The notes below the pieces were generated by a model. It had not been told where the DNA came from. It worked only from the letters and a program-made list of their open reading frames with translations, and made no database searches. This document shows positions 50,650-62,949 of a stretch of 64,000 nucleotides of DNA, in pieces; position 1 is the stretch's first letter, and every line of letters begins with the position of its first letter. The position numbers were made by a program, and so were the translations under genes. Source of the DNA: Lama guanicoe (lineage: Eukaryota); NCBI GenBank assembly GCA_013239625.1, contig MU054212.1, forward strand, positions 9,162,898 to 9,226,897, written 5' to 3'.

Positions 50650-51130
50650 TTTTGTTTTTCTAATTGAAATATAGTCAGTTACAATGTGTCGACTTCTGGT
50701 GTACAGCACAGTAGTTCAGTCATACATATACATACATATATTTGTTTTCTTTTTCGTTATAGGTTACTACAAGATATTGAATATAGTTGTCTGTGCTGTA
50801 CAGAAGAAATTTGGTTTTTTTAATCTATTTTATATATAGTAGTTAGTATTTGCAAATCTCAAACTCCCAATTTATCCCTTCCCACCCCCTTTCCTTGCTA
50901 GTAACAGTAAGTTTGTTTACTATGTCTGTGAGTCTGTTTCTGTTTTGTAGATAAGTTCACTAGTGTCTTCTTTTTCTTTTTTTTTAGATTCCATGTATGA
51001 GTGATACCATATGGTATTTTTCCTTCTCTTTCTGACGATCTCCAGATCTATCTATGTTGCTGCAAATGGCATTATTTTATTCTTTTTTGTGGCTGAATAA
51101 TATTCCATTGTATAAATATACTATGGCTTC
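50650..51130 (-). mobile_element. Relatively young camelid/artiodactyl L1 3' end
   Basis: ttgaaatatagtcagttacaatgtg...ggttactacaagatattgaatatag...aaactcccaatttatcccttccc...tgttgctgcaaatggcattatttt. Confidence 0.88.
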
Positions 51131-52078
51131 TTTAAGAAATATTTGTATCTTAACTTAGAAATTTCTTTTCCCCAACAGATGAAGGCCCAATTGTCCGTAA
51201 CAGATTTTGTTTATTATTCCCCAGAGGCCCAACAGACTCCTCTCCCCAGCTAACCCTCTTCTTTATTTTCCATGTAGTTATGCAGTTTTACCTTTTCCCA
51301 CCCATTCTCCTGACTTCACATTTCCTGGGACACCCTTGTGGTTCGTCACTGAGGCCTTCCCCCGACTGACCGTCCCCATCACACCATCACCCCATCTCCA
51401 GTGAACAGGCCGGCTTGTCTGTGGGATGGTTCCAGGAGTCGAGTGCTGTCCGTTGAACAAGCTGCCTGTTCTTGGATGCTTCTTGACATGGAGTGAAATT
51501 TCCTTAATTCCCTTCAGATTTCAGACCATTGCTACCTTTTCCTCCTTATCTGTCATTGCAACACCTCGTTTTAAGATGACAATTATGTTGACGAAGTACA
51601 TTGAGAAACTTGCATATGGCAAAATATTTTTAGTCCATGTAAGATGGAAAACGGTTTCAGACTGAAGGTTGATTCCAGCTCATCAAAGGCTTACCATAGA
51701 CCAAGTTTAAAATGTGTGTGTGCACACCTGTGTGTGTATGGAGATGGAGAACATGCATTTATATTTTGTGTGTGTTCCTGAGATGCTTTTTGATAATAAC
51801 AGCGCCCATTATTGATGACTGCTTATATGCCAAGCACGTTGCTTGGTATTTTATACGGTTTATTGCCTTTTTGTCCTCTTACCACTTGAAGCAGCTTCCT
51901 TATCTCCATTTCCAGATAAAGATCTTGAAACAGAAGACCCCAGACACACAGTAATCTCCCCCGTGCGTTACCTAGGTGCTAGCAGGCCCTCAGTCCCAAC
52001 CAGGGGCTGACTGATTCCCACATCAGTACTTTGAACCCCAGGCCAAGCCACTCAAACAGTAATTCTTTGTATCTTCAG

Positions 52079-52213
52079 GTCATCACTGAGTGGTCTTCTC
52101 ACATCATCGTTTAAGCAGCACCAAGAGTCCTTGGCAGCGGAGAGAGAGAGGCGGAGACAGGAGAGAGAAGAAAGGTTGCAGAGGATAGAACGGGAGGAAA
52201 GAAACAAATTCAA
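52079..52213 (+). CDS. FHOD3: FHOD3 coding exon (likely exon 15), charged coiled-coil; 135 nt, phase 2-2
   Basis: Acceptor tttgtatcttcag|G and donor AA|gtaaga. Encodes SSLSGLLTSSFKQHQESLAAERERRRQEREERLQRIEREERNKF. Confidence 0.96.
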
Positions 52214-54229
52214 GTAAGAGGGATCTTTAAGATTTTTTAAATAATGAGCTGAAACTTAAAGCACATGGCTTTGCCATTGTGTATGGTTAATACTGGCGTT
52301 AAAGCGTTCAGCATTAATATGCTTGCTTCAGATGCTGTCTCTGTTTCCAGGGAACAGCAAGAGGGTACCTGGAATAGGTTATATCTGGTTTATTGTGGCC
52401 TGTCTTCCTTAAACCATATGGCAGGAAGCACAGCCAGCCAAATTCAATTAAGGATGTGTGTGCTCCTGGGTCCTTCATTATCTAATATGGTCTCATCCAG
52501 GCCTTCCTGAACACAGAGAACCTAATTGTCTTCATCTGCCATTTCCCCTGAAGCTACTCATGTTTTATTCACATTCTACTGGATGTCTAAAACAAGATGC
52601 CTGTCTCCCTTTCTGGTTCGTTTCTTGCTCCCTGTAGCAATATTTAATAGGTTTTTGTAAGCAATGATGTTTCCTCTGTGGGGAAGAGAAAGGCGTTGCG
52701 CTGGCTACTCTCAGCCCACTGCCCCCTGATCTCCCTGGTCTGTGTCCAGCTCCAGGGATGTGTTCCTGGGTGTGGCCCACTGCAGCTCCCATGTCTTGGC
52801 CTGTCTGGATCCACTGTCACTCCTTGTCTCCTCCAGCCAGACCAGCATTTCCCCCCATCCTCCTGGTTGACCTCCTGACACTCCACTCCCTGGGTTCATG
52901 CTGGGCAGTACTTTGTAAAATGCTGAACACTTGCTGCATCTTTTCTTCCACATTTCGTTCCTTCCCTCTTGCGTCCCCCGCTCCTCCCCTCTCCCTCCTT
53001 CCTCTTCCCATTTCTCTCTCCTGTAGCATCTACACTCTTTCTTCTTTTTATTTCTTCCCGTCTCCATCTCCTGTTTCCTCAGTTCACGTTCTTTGACAAT
53101 TTCCCGTCAGTTACTCCAAGTTAAATCTACAAAGAATATCAAACATTGTCAGTGAGGACTGGCAGGTTCAATAATGTTTTCTCCAGCCACCAGAAAGAGG
53201 ATGTGTAATCGTCGGGATGATCAAAACGTGAGCCGAGTTGTGAACTTGCCCTAACTGTTAACTCACTGCTTTAAAAACACAACTTTCCCAAGTCTGTGGG
53301 TGGAGCTGTAAGAGGCGGTTAGTGGGCTGTGTGAAGTAAACCCACATCATTCTCACACCGTATGTAATGGTGCGGTATACCTCGAGCTGTCAGATTTCTG
53401 CCAGAGGATATGTGGAAATGCCGGACCTGTAAGCACCGTTTGTCCACGAGGCAGCTCTGGAAGTCGTCACTTTTGGAAAGGCCAGTTTGTAAAACCATGG
53501 GAACAGGTTAAGTGCTTCCTGATTCAGGGCTTTCTGAGAGGCTCGTGTGTTCTACCACCAAAGGGCAGCAGAGAATCTGACGGAAACACGTGGAAAGTTT
53601 CAGAGATTCGCTTACACGTCGAAAGATTTTCATTGAAAACCTGTAAAGCAGGGAGCCAGTCCTGGGGAGGAGGGAGCCAGCACATCCCCTCCTGTCTCTT
53701 CTCCCTGGTCACTCTGTGCGTCCGTAAATCACAGACAGATGTGAAGCGTGGAGCTCTGGAAACTGAGCTGTAAGAGGGAGCAGGTGAATTGGGGGACGGA
53801 GGCTAGCAGTCAAAGTTTCACCAAACCCCCGAGAGTTTACCATTTTTTCCCTCCAGTATCACATGGCATGTACTCAAAGGCATCTCCAAAACCAGAGGCC
53901 GACACCAGGTGTGAACTGGAAGAGCTCTAAGAGAAGGCCTCTCTTTCTGGACTGAGGAGCAGCACAAGGAATTCCTGAGGGTCAGAGAGTTGACAGATCT
54001 CCTGTTTTTTTCTTCGTTTCTTCTCTCTACCCCAGCCTCCAAGCAATATTGTTACAGAAGCATAGAGGAGGCAGCAGTGTCCAGGCAGGGGGCGACAACT
54101 CTGAGGGAGGGAACCCTTCCTGTGATCAGAAGAGCAGAATCACAAGAGCGCCTGACCAATCACCATTTTTCTCTCCACGTCCTCCCGCCGCATTGCCCCA
54201 CGTGCAGGTGGGGTTCCTGAAAGTCCGCA

Positions 54230-55130
54230 GCAGAGCAGAGAAAATAAAGCCCAAGCTTTCTGGCCAGAGGACCAAGAAAGGAGACTCAAAGAGTCCGGAA
54301 AATGATAGGAAAGTCACAACGAGTAGAGAGATCAAGAGAGCAACCCTGAGCTCATCTCCAGTCTGTGCACGCATGGCTTAGTGCCTAAACAGCATACCCC
54401 AGGCTTCAAGAACTAAGTACAGAATGCAGCACCGGTCAGGTCCCAGGCTGGCCCCTGGGGGTGCACATAAGCGCCTGATATGAATAGCACTAAGAACATT
54501 TGAAAACTGAGCTAATATTGGAACCAATATCAGAAGACAGTTAGAACTTGCAGGCTGAGCCCATCTTAGTTGATTGCCTGCTGAAAGAAAATGATCAAGG
54601 TTCTTCATAGAATTTAAATAAGACCCAGAGTTTAAAATAAGACCCAGAATTACAGAATATTTAAAATGTACAGAATGCAGCCCAAAACCACTTGTCATAC
54701 AAAACCCAGGGACATCTGAAAGGCAAAAGAGAATCAAAATATGCTAACCACAAAAGGGACATAGATGTTGCCATTATCAGACAAAGACTTTAGAGCAGCT
54801 GTCATAAACATGTTCTAAGATGTAAGGGCAAATACTTTTGAAACAAATGAAAAGATAAGTCTCTGCAAAGAAATAGAAGATGTAAAGAAAAGGCAAAATG
54901 GAAATACACATAGAACTGAAAAATACAATAACCAAAATAAAAAATTCATAGCAGAATAGAGATGAGAGAAGAAAGAGTCAGTGAATTTGAAGATAAGACA
55001 ATAGAAATTATCCAATCTGAAAAACAGGACAAAATACTGGAAAAAATGAACAGTGCCTCACAGACCTGGGGAACAATAGTACATCTAGCACTCATGTCAC
55101 TGAAGTCTCAAGAATCAGCGAGAGTGCGTT
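54230..55130 (+). mobile_element. Old L1 5'/ORF1-region fragment
   Basis: tatcagacaaagactttagagcagct...aaagaaatagaagatgtaaag...gaagaaagagtcagtgaatttgaagataagacaatagaaattatccaatctgaa (L1 ORF1 coiled-coil-like ERVSEFEDKTIEIIQSE). Confidence 0.8.
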
Positions 55131-56473
55131 GTAATACACATTCAGCACACACGCTGGCAGAGTGAGAATTAGACACAGGAAACCTGTATTCAGAGACCAT
55201 GCTCATAATTATCCACAGTTTTCTCTTGGTTCCAAAAGGATCTCACTTGTCATTTAAGAGCACAGAGAGATCCTGGCAAAATAACCCTTGTCCAGAAAGG
55301 AATGCTGGCCGTCAGGACAGACTGCACGAAACTATTAATCATGATGACTGCAGTTCCATCCTGAAAATCTGAGGATGTCAATGAAAAGAAATTCAAAAAA
55401 GGACATAGGAAGCGCTTTATAAAGCGGCCCCCGGGATCACCCAAATGCCTGACCCTTCATCAGCCACTCGCTCACACTCCTTGTGCTTTTTTCTTTGTTA
55501 AGCATTATTATCTGTTGTGACTTTTGTTCGTTAAGTCTCCCGGGTTATGGGAGATACTGCTTCTAGTGTGGAAAGTGCTGAGGATGGATGTTCATAGATG
55601 ATAACGGATTTGTGTCTGTGTTGCTTTTTCTCCCCGTCCTCACCCGCTCTAGTTGCTCTGACTTAACACCCCTTTAGATCCAGTTCCCAGTGCACAGAGG
55701 GATGGAATCTTTGAGCTACCTTAGGAGGCCCAGTATAGGAAACCGTGATGTCAGAATTCTCCAGGAAAACAAATGGTTTACTGAGAAGGGACTGGCCACA
55801 CCATCTTAAGTGAAGATTCAAGTTGGAACCTCACCAGGAAGAACAGAAAAGCAAACATTAAAATTAGACAAAGCTGGGCATCTCGTCGATAAAGGCAGAA
55901 GAGCCTGCATGCAGCAAGAGCATCCAGTGAGCCCTGCTCAGAGACGGAGAACGGGAGGGATGCAGAGGAAGAATCGTGCTGTAGAAGGAGTGTCCAGACG
56001 GTAGCGTGCAGTGCAAAATGGCCAAAACACTTGGCCCACTCAGATTTAAGTCTTGGGGTGCATGTTGGGGAACTACCAGAGCTTGACTGGATGTTAATCA
56101 CCTCTGAAAGCTGCTGCTTGCTTGTCATTGCCATGTTGTACTTATGTATTACTTCCCCTTTTAAAAATCTTTTGGTCTCATCTCCTTCCCACCATATATT
56201 TAAAAGTCTTCTTTCTGAAGAGTAATTGTAGGAGTCTCTTTGTAAATCCAATAACCCCATGTTTTCACCCCTCTGATTTTATAGAAAACTCATCGTATTT
56301 AGTACTTTTAATGTATAGCCTTTATTTTTTAAAAATTCAGCCGCAGCCACTTTCCATTTCTGAGGTAATGGTGGCCTTTCACAATATATTCCGTTAAAGT
56401 TTTCCTGGCTATTTTATGATCTAATTCTCTTGTCTTCCTTCTCCACTCTGTTTCTTCTGCGTATTCCCATTAG

Positions 56474-56524
56474 TCGAGAGTATTTAGACAAAAGAGAGGA
56501 GCAAAGACAAGCAAGAGAAGAAAG
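56474..56524 (+). CDS. FHOD3: FHOD3 small alternative exon (likely exon 16); 51 nt, phase 2-2
   Basis: Pyrimidine tract ending cccattag|T and donor AG|gtttgt. Encodes REYLDKREEQRQAREE, continuing the charged helix. Confidence 0.92.
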
Positions 56525-57009
56525 GTTTGTATATCTTTTCTTTCCTGTTGTCACCAAATGGCATGAGACTTTGCACTCTTAACCAAGCATGTGGAGTGTG
56601 TGTTAATTACAATATAGTAGCTTCACCCAGGATACTTGAGACCTTGGGTACCTGGCATTTTGCAGAATAGAGTGTCCTGGTTATCTAAATTTTCCTAAAA
56701 AGTACAGATCTATTATTTAGTGCCATCATGATGTGGGGTATATGTGTCTGTTCCTCCAAAACTCTTTTCCAAATGAGCACATTAGTTTAGCATACTGGCA
56801 CATGGTATGTATTTTAAATGTCCTGCATCTCCGCTACTAAGCCTGGCTTAGTTGTGCCTCTTGTGTGTTTCTAAGTGACTTGTTCAGCGTTCCTTCGACA
56901 AATATTTGAGCACACGTGTTATACCACACACTGGCTGGGGTGCCAAACCCTCCTGAGACTCTTGCTGGAGGTGCCTGATCACTTACCGTCTCCCCACTGA
57001 TCCGTGCTC

Positions 57010-57115
57010 AGTTCCCGATGGCAGGAGCCGTGCCTGGCTTTCGCCTGGTGTTCCAGTGCCTGCCACAAGGCTTGCACATAGCAGGCACTTAGGAAAGGTG
57101 CAGTGAATAAATGAG
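57010..57115. mobile_element. L2 3' end
   Basis: ccagtgcctgccacaaggcttgcacatagcaggcacttagg...tgaataaatga. Confidence 0.65.
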
Positions 57116-57330
57116 CTAAGGAACCGACAGCTTTATTTAAAATATTTAAGCTATAAACCAGTTTGTTCATTTCAATGGCCACCTACTTTGAATCCCACTA
57201 AAACATGCCACATGAATGCATTTAGTGTCTGCTAAACTTAGATAAGCAAAGGAAATTGGTTTTGAAAGTAGATCAGCAAAAGGTTAAGTTTACCCCCATA
57301 GCACTGTACGGCCTGAAGTTATTCCCTCTA

Positions 57331-57344
57331 CCACCAGATGGCGC
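57331..57344 (+). promoter_or_regulatory. CTCF consensus motif
   Basis: CCACCAGATGGCGC matches the core CCASYAGRKGGCRC, in non-repeat sequence with retained CpGs. Confidence 0.65.
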
Positions 57345-59749
57345 GACGACATGGAAAGATGGGAGAGGCTGATTTCATACCAGAGCCAGCGGAGAACCTA
57401 ACAATCTCTGATCGCTGCCAATGCAAAGTGGAATTGTGCTAATTTTTTTTAGACACCATCAGTTAAATAGATCAGGACAGTCTGAGGCAGGGAAGAGTGG
57501 AGACTGCCTGTGTTCAATTTAAAAGTTAGATGCTTAGGTCAGCCTCGTAAACAAAACAATGGCCCTGCTTTAATTCCAGCGTTCTACTGGATCGTTGCCG
57601 TCCTAATCACCAGCTGTGGCCAGCAAATTTAGAGTGAAAGATGCTGGTAAAGGAACAGAGAAACTTCTGTTCCTCTGATTAGTACCTGTTTTTGACATTG
57701 GGGGACATGCCATTATGCCCGGGCTTAAGAAATCAAATTTTATTTTTTGGCTTTCCCTCCAGATTCTGCACTTTTTTGAGCTTTTGACAGCTTGACTGTC
57801 ACATTCTGTCTGCACAGGCAAGGCTTCAAAGCTCCTGGAGAGATGACCAGGTGCTGTGTCAAGGTTGAACTGATTCAGGCTGACATCAAATTTTCCCCAA
57901 ATCGCTAAAGGCTCCCTCTTTCTGGATATTATTTACTGCTCTGTTCCTCAAAGCAGAGAGTCACTTCTGCCTGGAAAACTCATGCAGCGGAGTTTTCCAC
58001 CCCTCTTCTCCCTCTTGTTCTGCCCTCTGTCCTCACCCCCGCGCCACCCATCTGCCTGAGCCTTCTTGGCTGGTGCCTCTGGTGCTCTCCATGGCCCCAC
58101 GTGGGATCCTTTCCTTACCGCCCACCTCTCTGTTTACATGGAGGTTCGGGGAAGCAGCCAAGCATCTTCCTTCGGTTTGGACCAGCAACTTTTCCTGGTT
58201 AGTCTGCTTCTTGAGTTACCTACTGAAGATGGGAGTGAGGGAGCTGTACTTTCATCCTTTTTTGGAAGGCTGTCGGGAGTTTCCAGGAAGCCGGGAAAAG
58301 ATAAGATTCCAGGTATACTGGAATTTGGAAATGGAAGGGAAAAACTGATGGGGATCAGAGGTGGAAAGAGACAGAAGAGGACACCCTCTGTTAACTGCTC
58401 AGGGTAGAGCCAGGTGTGTTTGTCGGGTCCCGTGACCCTTACCCTTACTGCAGAGACTCAGAAAAGACAGAGTCAACAGCAGAGGGCTTTTGAGGTTCAT
58501 GTCAGCTCGTATAATGAGATGAATGTCATTTTGCTGTTTCAGGGTATAATGGCCATCCATACAAATTTGATTTAATTTTTAAATTGCATTTTGTATCATC
58601 TCGTTCCATCATTTCAGGCAAACTGTTTTACTGATAATGTTGCAGACCCAGAATAAGTTTCTGTTAGGTCTGCTTCTAATTTTTAAAAAATACGATAAGA
58701 AATTCTCTATCTGATATTGATTGATATGACATTCATAAATCTTTTCATTTTTTTAAGTAGCGAGGGATGAGGTCCAGGCAGGGAACATGTTGGGGTGGGG
58801 GTCAGGATGGAGAAGGGGACAGCAGGACCTGGGTGGGAGGTGCCTTCTGACAAGCAGAGGTTATGGGAACAGAGTCCAAGGGAAAGATTGGAGCTGGGCT
58901 AGGTTTTGGGAAATTATGCATAAAGCTGATTTTGAAGCAGTAAGAGAGGGTTCGGAGCCTGGTCTGAGGACGGCGTAGAACTTAGAGGGAGCCAGATACT
59001 AGTTTCATGTCAGGGAAAATTTCCAAGTAGGAGGGTGGCAGGAAGTGTCCTCTGTAAGCCTGGAAGTTGAACGTCAAACAGGGTTTCCATCGGGCCCTGT
59101 GGAAAGAGGCTAGCGTGTGTTCCTTGACTGCAGCCTCAGCCCTGCCACTCACAGCCCTGTGGGACATGAGGGTTTCCCACTGTTTCTGTCTCTCCCCCTG
59201 AACGAAGGTGGGGGTTCCTTGTTTATTATTAAATCTCTAGTGCCTACTGTGGTTCTTAGCACATGACAGGCACTCAACAAAAGGTTCAATGAGTAACGAA
59301 AAGACAAATGAATAAAGATGTGGCCAGAGGCAGGATAATGAGAATGTTTCAGTGAAGGCGGCAAAGGTGAAACGCCTTTCTGGGGAGCTGTGGTCTGTGG
59401 ATGGAAAACCCAGTGCCCCGTACCTGGGAGGCTGCATCACGGCCTGTGGTTTAGGGGCTTTGTTGCTAGGCAGCAAGAGGTGGGACGTCGTCAAATGGGC
59501 TAGCGGGCTCCTAGGATCAAGTACCATGTGGCGCTCAGTCACTCTCTAAGGGAAGATCTAGCTCCCCCCCCCCAAGGTTGTGCCCTGGAGGTGCACGTGG
59601 GGCAGGAACTGTGGCTGAGCTGGAAGCTCTAAGTGCCAGGTTCCGGCTGTCCCTGTGTGTGTCCGGCCACCCACACCAGCCCATCGCAGGGGAGCAATAA
59701 AAAACCTTAGCGGCTCGTGACACCGGGGCATTCCCCACCCCTGCCATTT

Positions 59750-59930
59750 AAAACATGTTTAAATTGTGGAAAAGTACACATCACCTAAAGTGTATTACTT
59801 TAACCATTTTTAAGTGTATAATTCCCTAGTGTGAAGTTCACTGACAGGTTTGTGCAGCCAGTCTCCAGCACGCTTTATCTGTAGATCTGGCCTTTCTACC
59901 CATTCAGCGAGTGCCCATGCCGCATAAGGT
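59750..59930 (-). mobile_element. L1MA/MB 3' end fragment
   Basis: aattgtggaaaagtacacatcacctaaa...ttaaccatttttaagtgtata...ttgtgcagcca. Confidence 0.7.
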
Positions 59931-62209
59931 CCTCCGAACAGTTCAGGTTATTGACTCTCTTCCTGACTCTCGGATCCTCAGGGTGGATGTCCCTGAGACC
60001 GAGGGGTGCACAGGAATCGTCTTGGATTCATATCTACCCAGACTCTGGATGAGCCATCCCTGGGGTCCCCCAGAAAATAGGGTGAACCCTTTGGCTGTCA
60101 GCACGTACCTGCCAGCCTGGCTGCCCACAGGGAGGGGAATGGACAGACTGAGGCCTGGGCCTGACTGGCTGAAATGAAGGTTATTGATGGTTGTCCTCCC
60201 ATCCTGAAGCCTTCCATGTGAGGTTTTATTATTTCTCTCCCTGGACTCCTGATCTTGTCAGAGCCCTTCTTCCCTTCCCCCCTCCAGGATTCCAGTCTCC
60301 AGGACCCGCGCAGGCCCCCTTTTTGCATGTCATTCCTTGCCCGCCCTTGGTCCTGCTGCAGAAGTCTTGGGCACCATATGGGGACACCTGTGCTCACAAA
60401 CTTCTGGGCTCACAGCATTCCTGCCCCTCTACCTTTACAAATATGGGCTGAGTCTTGCCCTCAAGACCACTTCTTCCATAATTCCTGTCACTTCCACAGC
60501 CAGGTGGTTTTTCCTTGCTGGTCTGAATTAAGTTCAGAAATAACTTCCTTTTGTTCCCTCTCCTACTTTTTGAGAAGTGACGTTGTGGGCAAGGAAAGTC
60601 CAGAGTTTCTAAAGCTTTCTGTCTGGGTCTGGCTTCACCCCAGCACTGTGAGGCAGAGGTTTGTATCTGCAGATCCATCTTTTAGCAAAGATTCACCCTG
60701 AAGCTTAGCTCATGCCCCAAGACAGTGAAATCGGGTGGGTTGCACCCTTGGCCCTCGGGGCTGCAGGCAGACCTCCGCAGGTGGGCTACTGCCTCGCAGG
60801 TTCCTCGCCGCACACTTGGCCGGCTTCCCATCACCGAGGGAAAGAACAAAGGATGGTAACCTTCCTGGTCTCAAGAATCCTATTATCTGCTTGTTGAAAA
60901 CAGACAGAAACATGTGAAGAGATGACTGCATATGCCAGGCAGCAATGTAAAATGCCATCGGAGTCGAATGGACAACATATCCGACATGAGTTCGGAGGCA
61001 AAGCCCAGATCACTTCCAGCTGCGGTGGTCAAGGCAGGTCTCCCAGGGGGAGACGCGCGTGCGAGCCTGTCCTGAAGGGCAGAGACTGCCTTGGACTGGC
61101 CGGGAGACGGGGTGATGACTTACAGACGCGGAGAGCCACGCCCCCCTGAAGGATGGCTGAAGAAATGCATGCTTTTTAAAGGCTCTAAGTGTGTGCTCTG
61201 CCTTTCTTCTCTGGCTCAGTTGGGTGCCGTGTGCAGTGTCTGGGTGGGGGCTACACTGGACCAGTGCTGGGGGCTGGCCAATCGGAAGACACGGCAGTAG
61301 TGAATCCGGATGCATGTGAGTGAGGGTCTTGAATAAGCTGTTTCAGAGTTGCGTGGTGGATACCATAGTCAGAAACCTGCTACAGCTGAGTTCATAAATT
61401 TATCCCTGAACCAATAATGGTGGGTAAAATTAGCCGACATCTGGAAGAGGCACATATTTCAAAGTTATTTTGGTCCGATCTATAAAGCGCACTGTGAGGA
61501 ATATGATTGGTAGCTGGTCTTAATAAACAGTTAGTGGGTTCTGCCTGCCTGAAATGCAAAACAGATGTATCTTTGTTCTTTTAAACTGACTTTGATGAAT
61601 AAACTATATGTGACGTCAGATCCCAGCTATTGGGTGTCTGAGTCCTACTCAGAAATATTTTAGAATATAAAAAACTTTCCATGGTCGACACCGAGAGAAC
61701 AAAGTGAATTCCAGTCGCATTGCTGTTAGCATTGAAGCAGGTTCAGCAATTCAGAGAGGCTCTCGTCCAACAACCTTTTGGTATTTCGGGGCATTGTTCC
61801 TCTCTGCCGCAGCAGGGCACCCGCCCATTTCACAGCTGTGAGCTCCGAGGGTGTGTGGTTTTCAGCTGTCACTGCTGGGGCTTGGTGATGGTCGTTACTG
61901 CCGTTTTACTTGTTTGCACAAATGTTTCCTAAAAGAGCAAAATGGGATTTTGCAGCCGTGATCTAGTATCTGGAGTCTGTGATGTTGCCACTTCCCCAGT
62001 TTGTTTGGTTATGAATGATGCAGGATTTTTTAATCATTAGCATCTTGGCTCTGCTGGGTGTTTTTGGCAGACGGGCCCTCCAGCCAGCCCTGCGCTGCGC
62101 TCTGTGCATCAGGAAACCAGCTCACTCTGCAGGTGTTTCGTCCATAAACAAGCATCAGCCACGGGCTCCTCATTCTTTTTACGGAAACCCTTTGGAATTT
62201 AACTTTCAG

Positions 62210-62424
62210 ATACAAATACTTGGAGCAGTTGGCAGCTGAGGCGCATGAGAAGGAGCTGAGAAGCCGGAGCGCGAGCCGGGGCAGAGCTGACCTCTCCTTG
62301 GACCTGACCTCACCGGCAGCCCCAGCCTTCCCCGCCCCCCTGAGCTGTAGCCCTTCGTCTCTAGATTCACAGGAGGCTCTCAAGGTTTCATCCTCCTCCC
62401 CGGGAACACCTCAGCCTCCCCAAG
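62210..62424 (+). CDS. FHOD3: FHOD3 coding exon (likely exon 17); 215 nt, phase 2-1
   Basis: Acceptor tttaactttcag|A and donor CAAG|gtgagt. Encodes YKYLEQLAAEAHEKELRSRSASRGRADLSLDLTSPAAP...SPGTPQPPQ. Confidence 0.96.
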
Positions 62425-62918
62425 GTGAGTGCGGGGAGAGGAGAGGGACACTGATGGGGTAATGAACATCAGACAGGCTGCTTCTGCACAGCAGTAACCA
62501 TTCCTGCGTGCAGACTCATACTGAGAGGCAACTAATGGGATGCTTCGGGGGGTGGCTGCTACGTGAGGGGTCTGCAGAGCCACTTGCCAAAGCACAGTTA
62601 TTTATAAAGATATCAGTGTATGTTCACTGAAAAAGGGGAATGCCGAAAATAAGACTTACTTTGACATTTAATCCTAAATTGCAGGTGGTTTAACGTTATT
62701 ACTCTGTAATTTGCATGCTATTTATTGATTGGATCTGCCCAATAAAATGACCCCTTTTAAATGTGCTTACTATAGGAATTGTCAGTCTGGTTTAAGTTAA
62801 ACCGATGGAGAATAAAGTTAATCAAAGCAAGCAAAGAAAAATGTGGACCTAGTGAAAATAGAAGTTAAGCATTGAAGATGGAAAAAAAAGAGGAAATAGT
62901 GAAGATGACTGGCACGTG

Positions 62919-62949
62919 GTGTGGGTGTGGGTGGGTGTGGGTGTGGGTG
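62919..62949 (+). repeat. (GGGTGT)n-type simple repeat with five G3 tracts
   Basis: gtgtgggtgtgggtgggtgtgggtgtgggtg. Confidence 0.8.
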
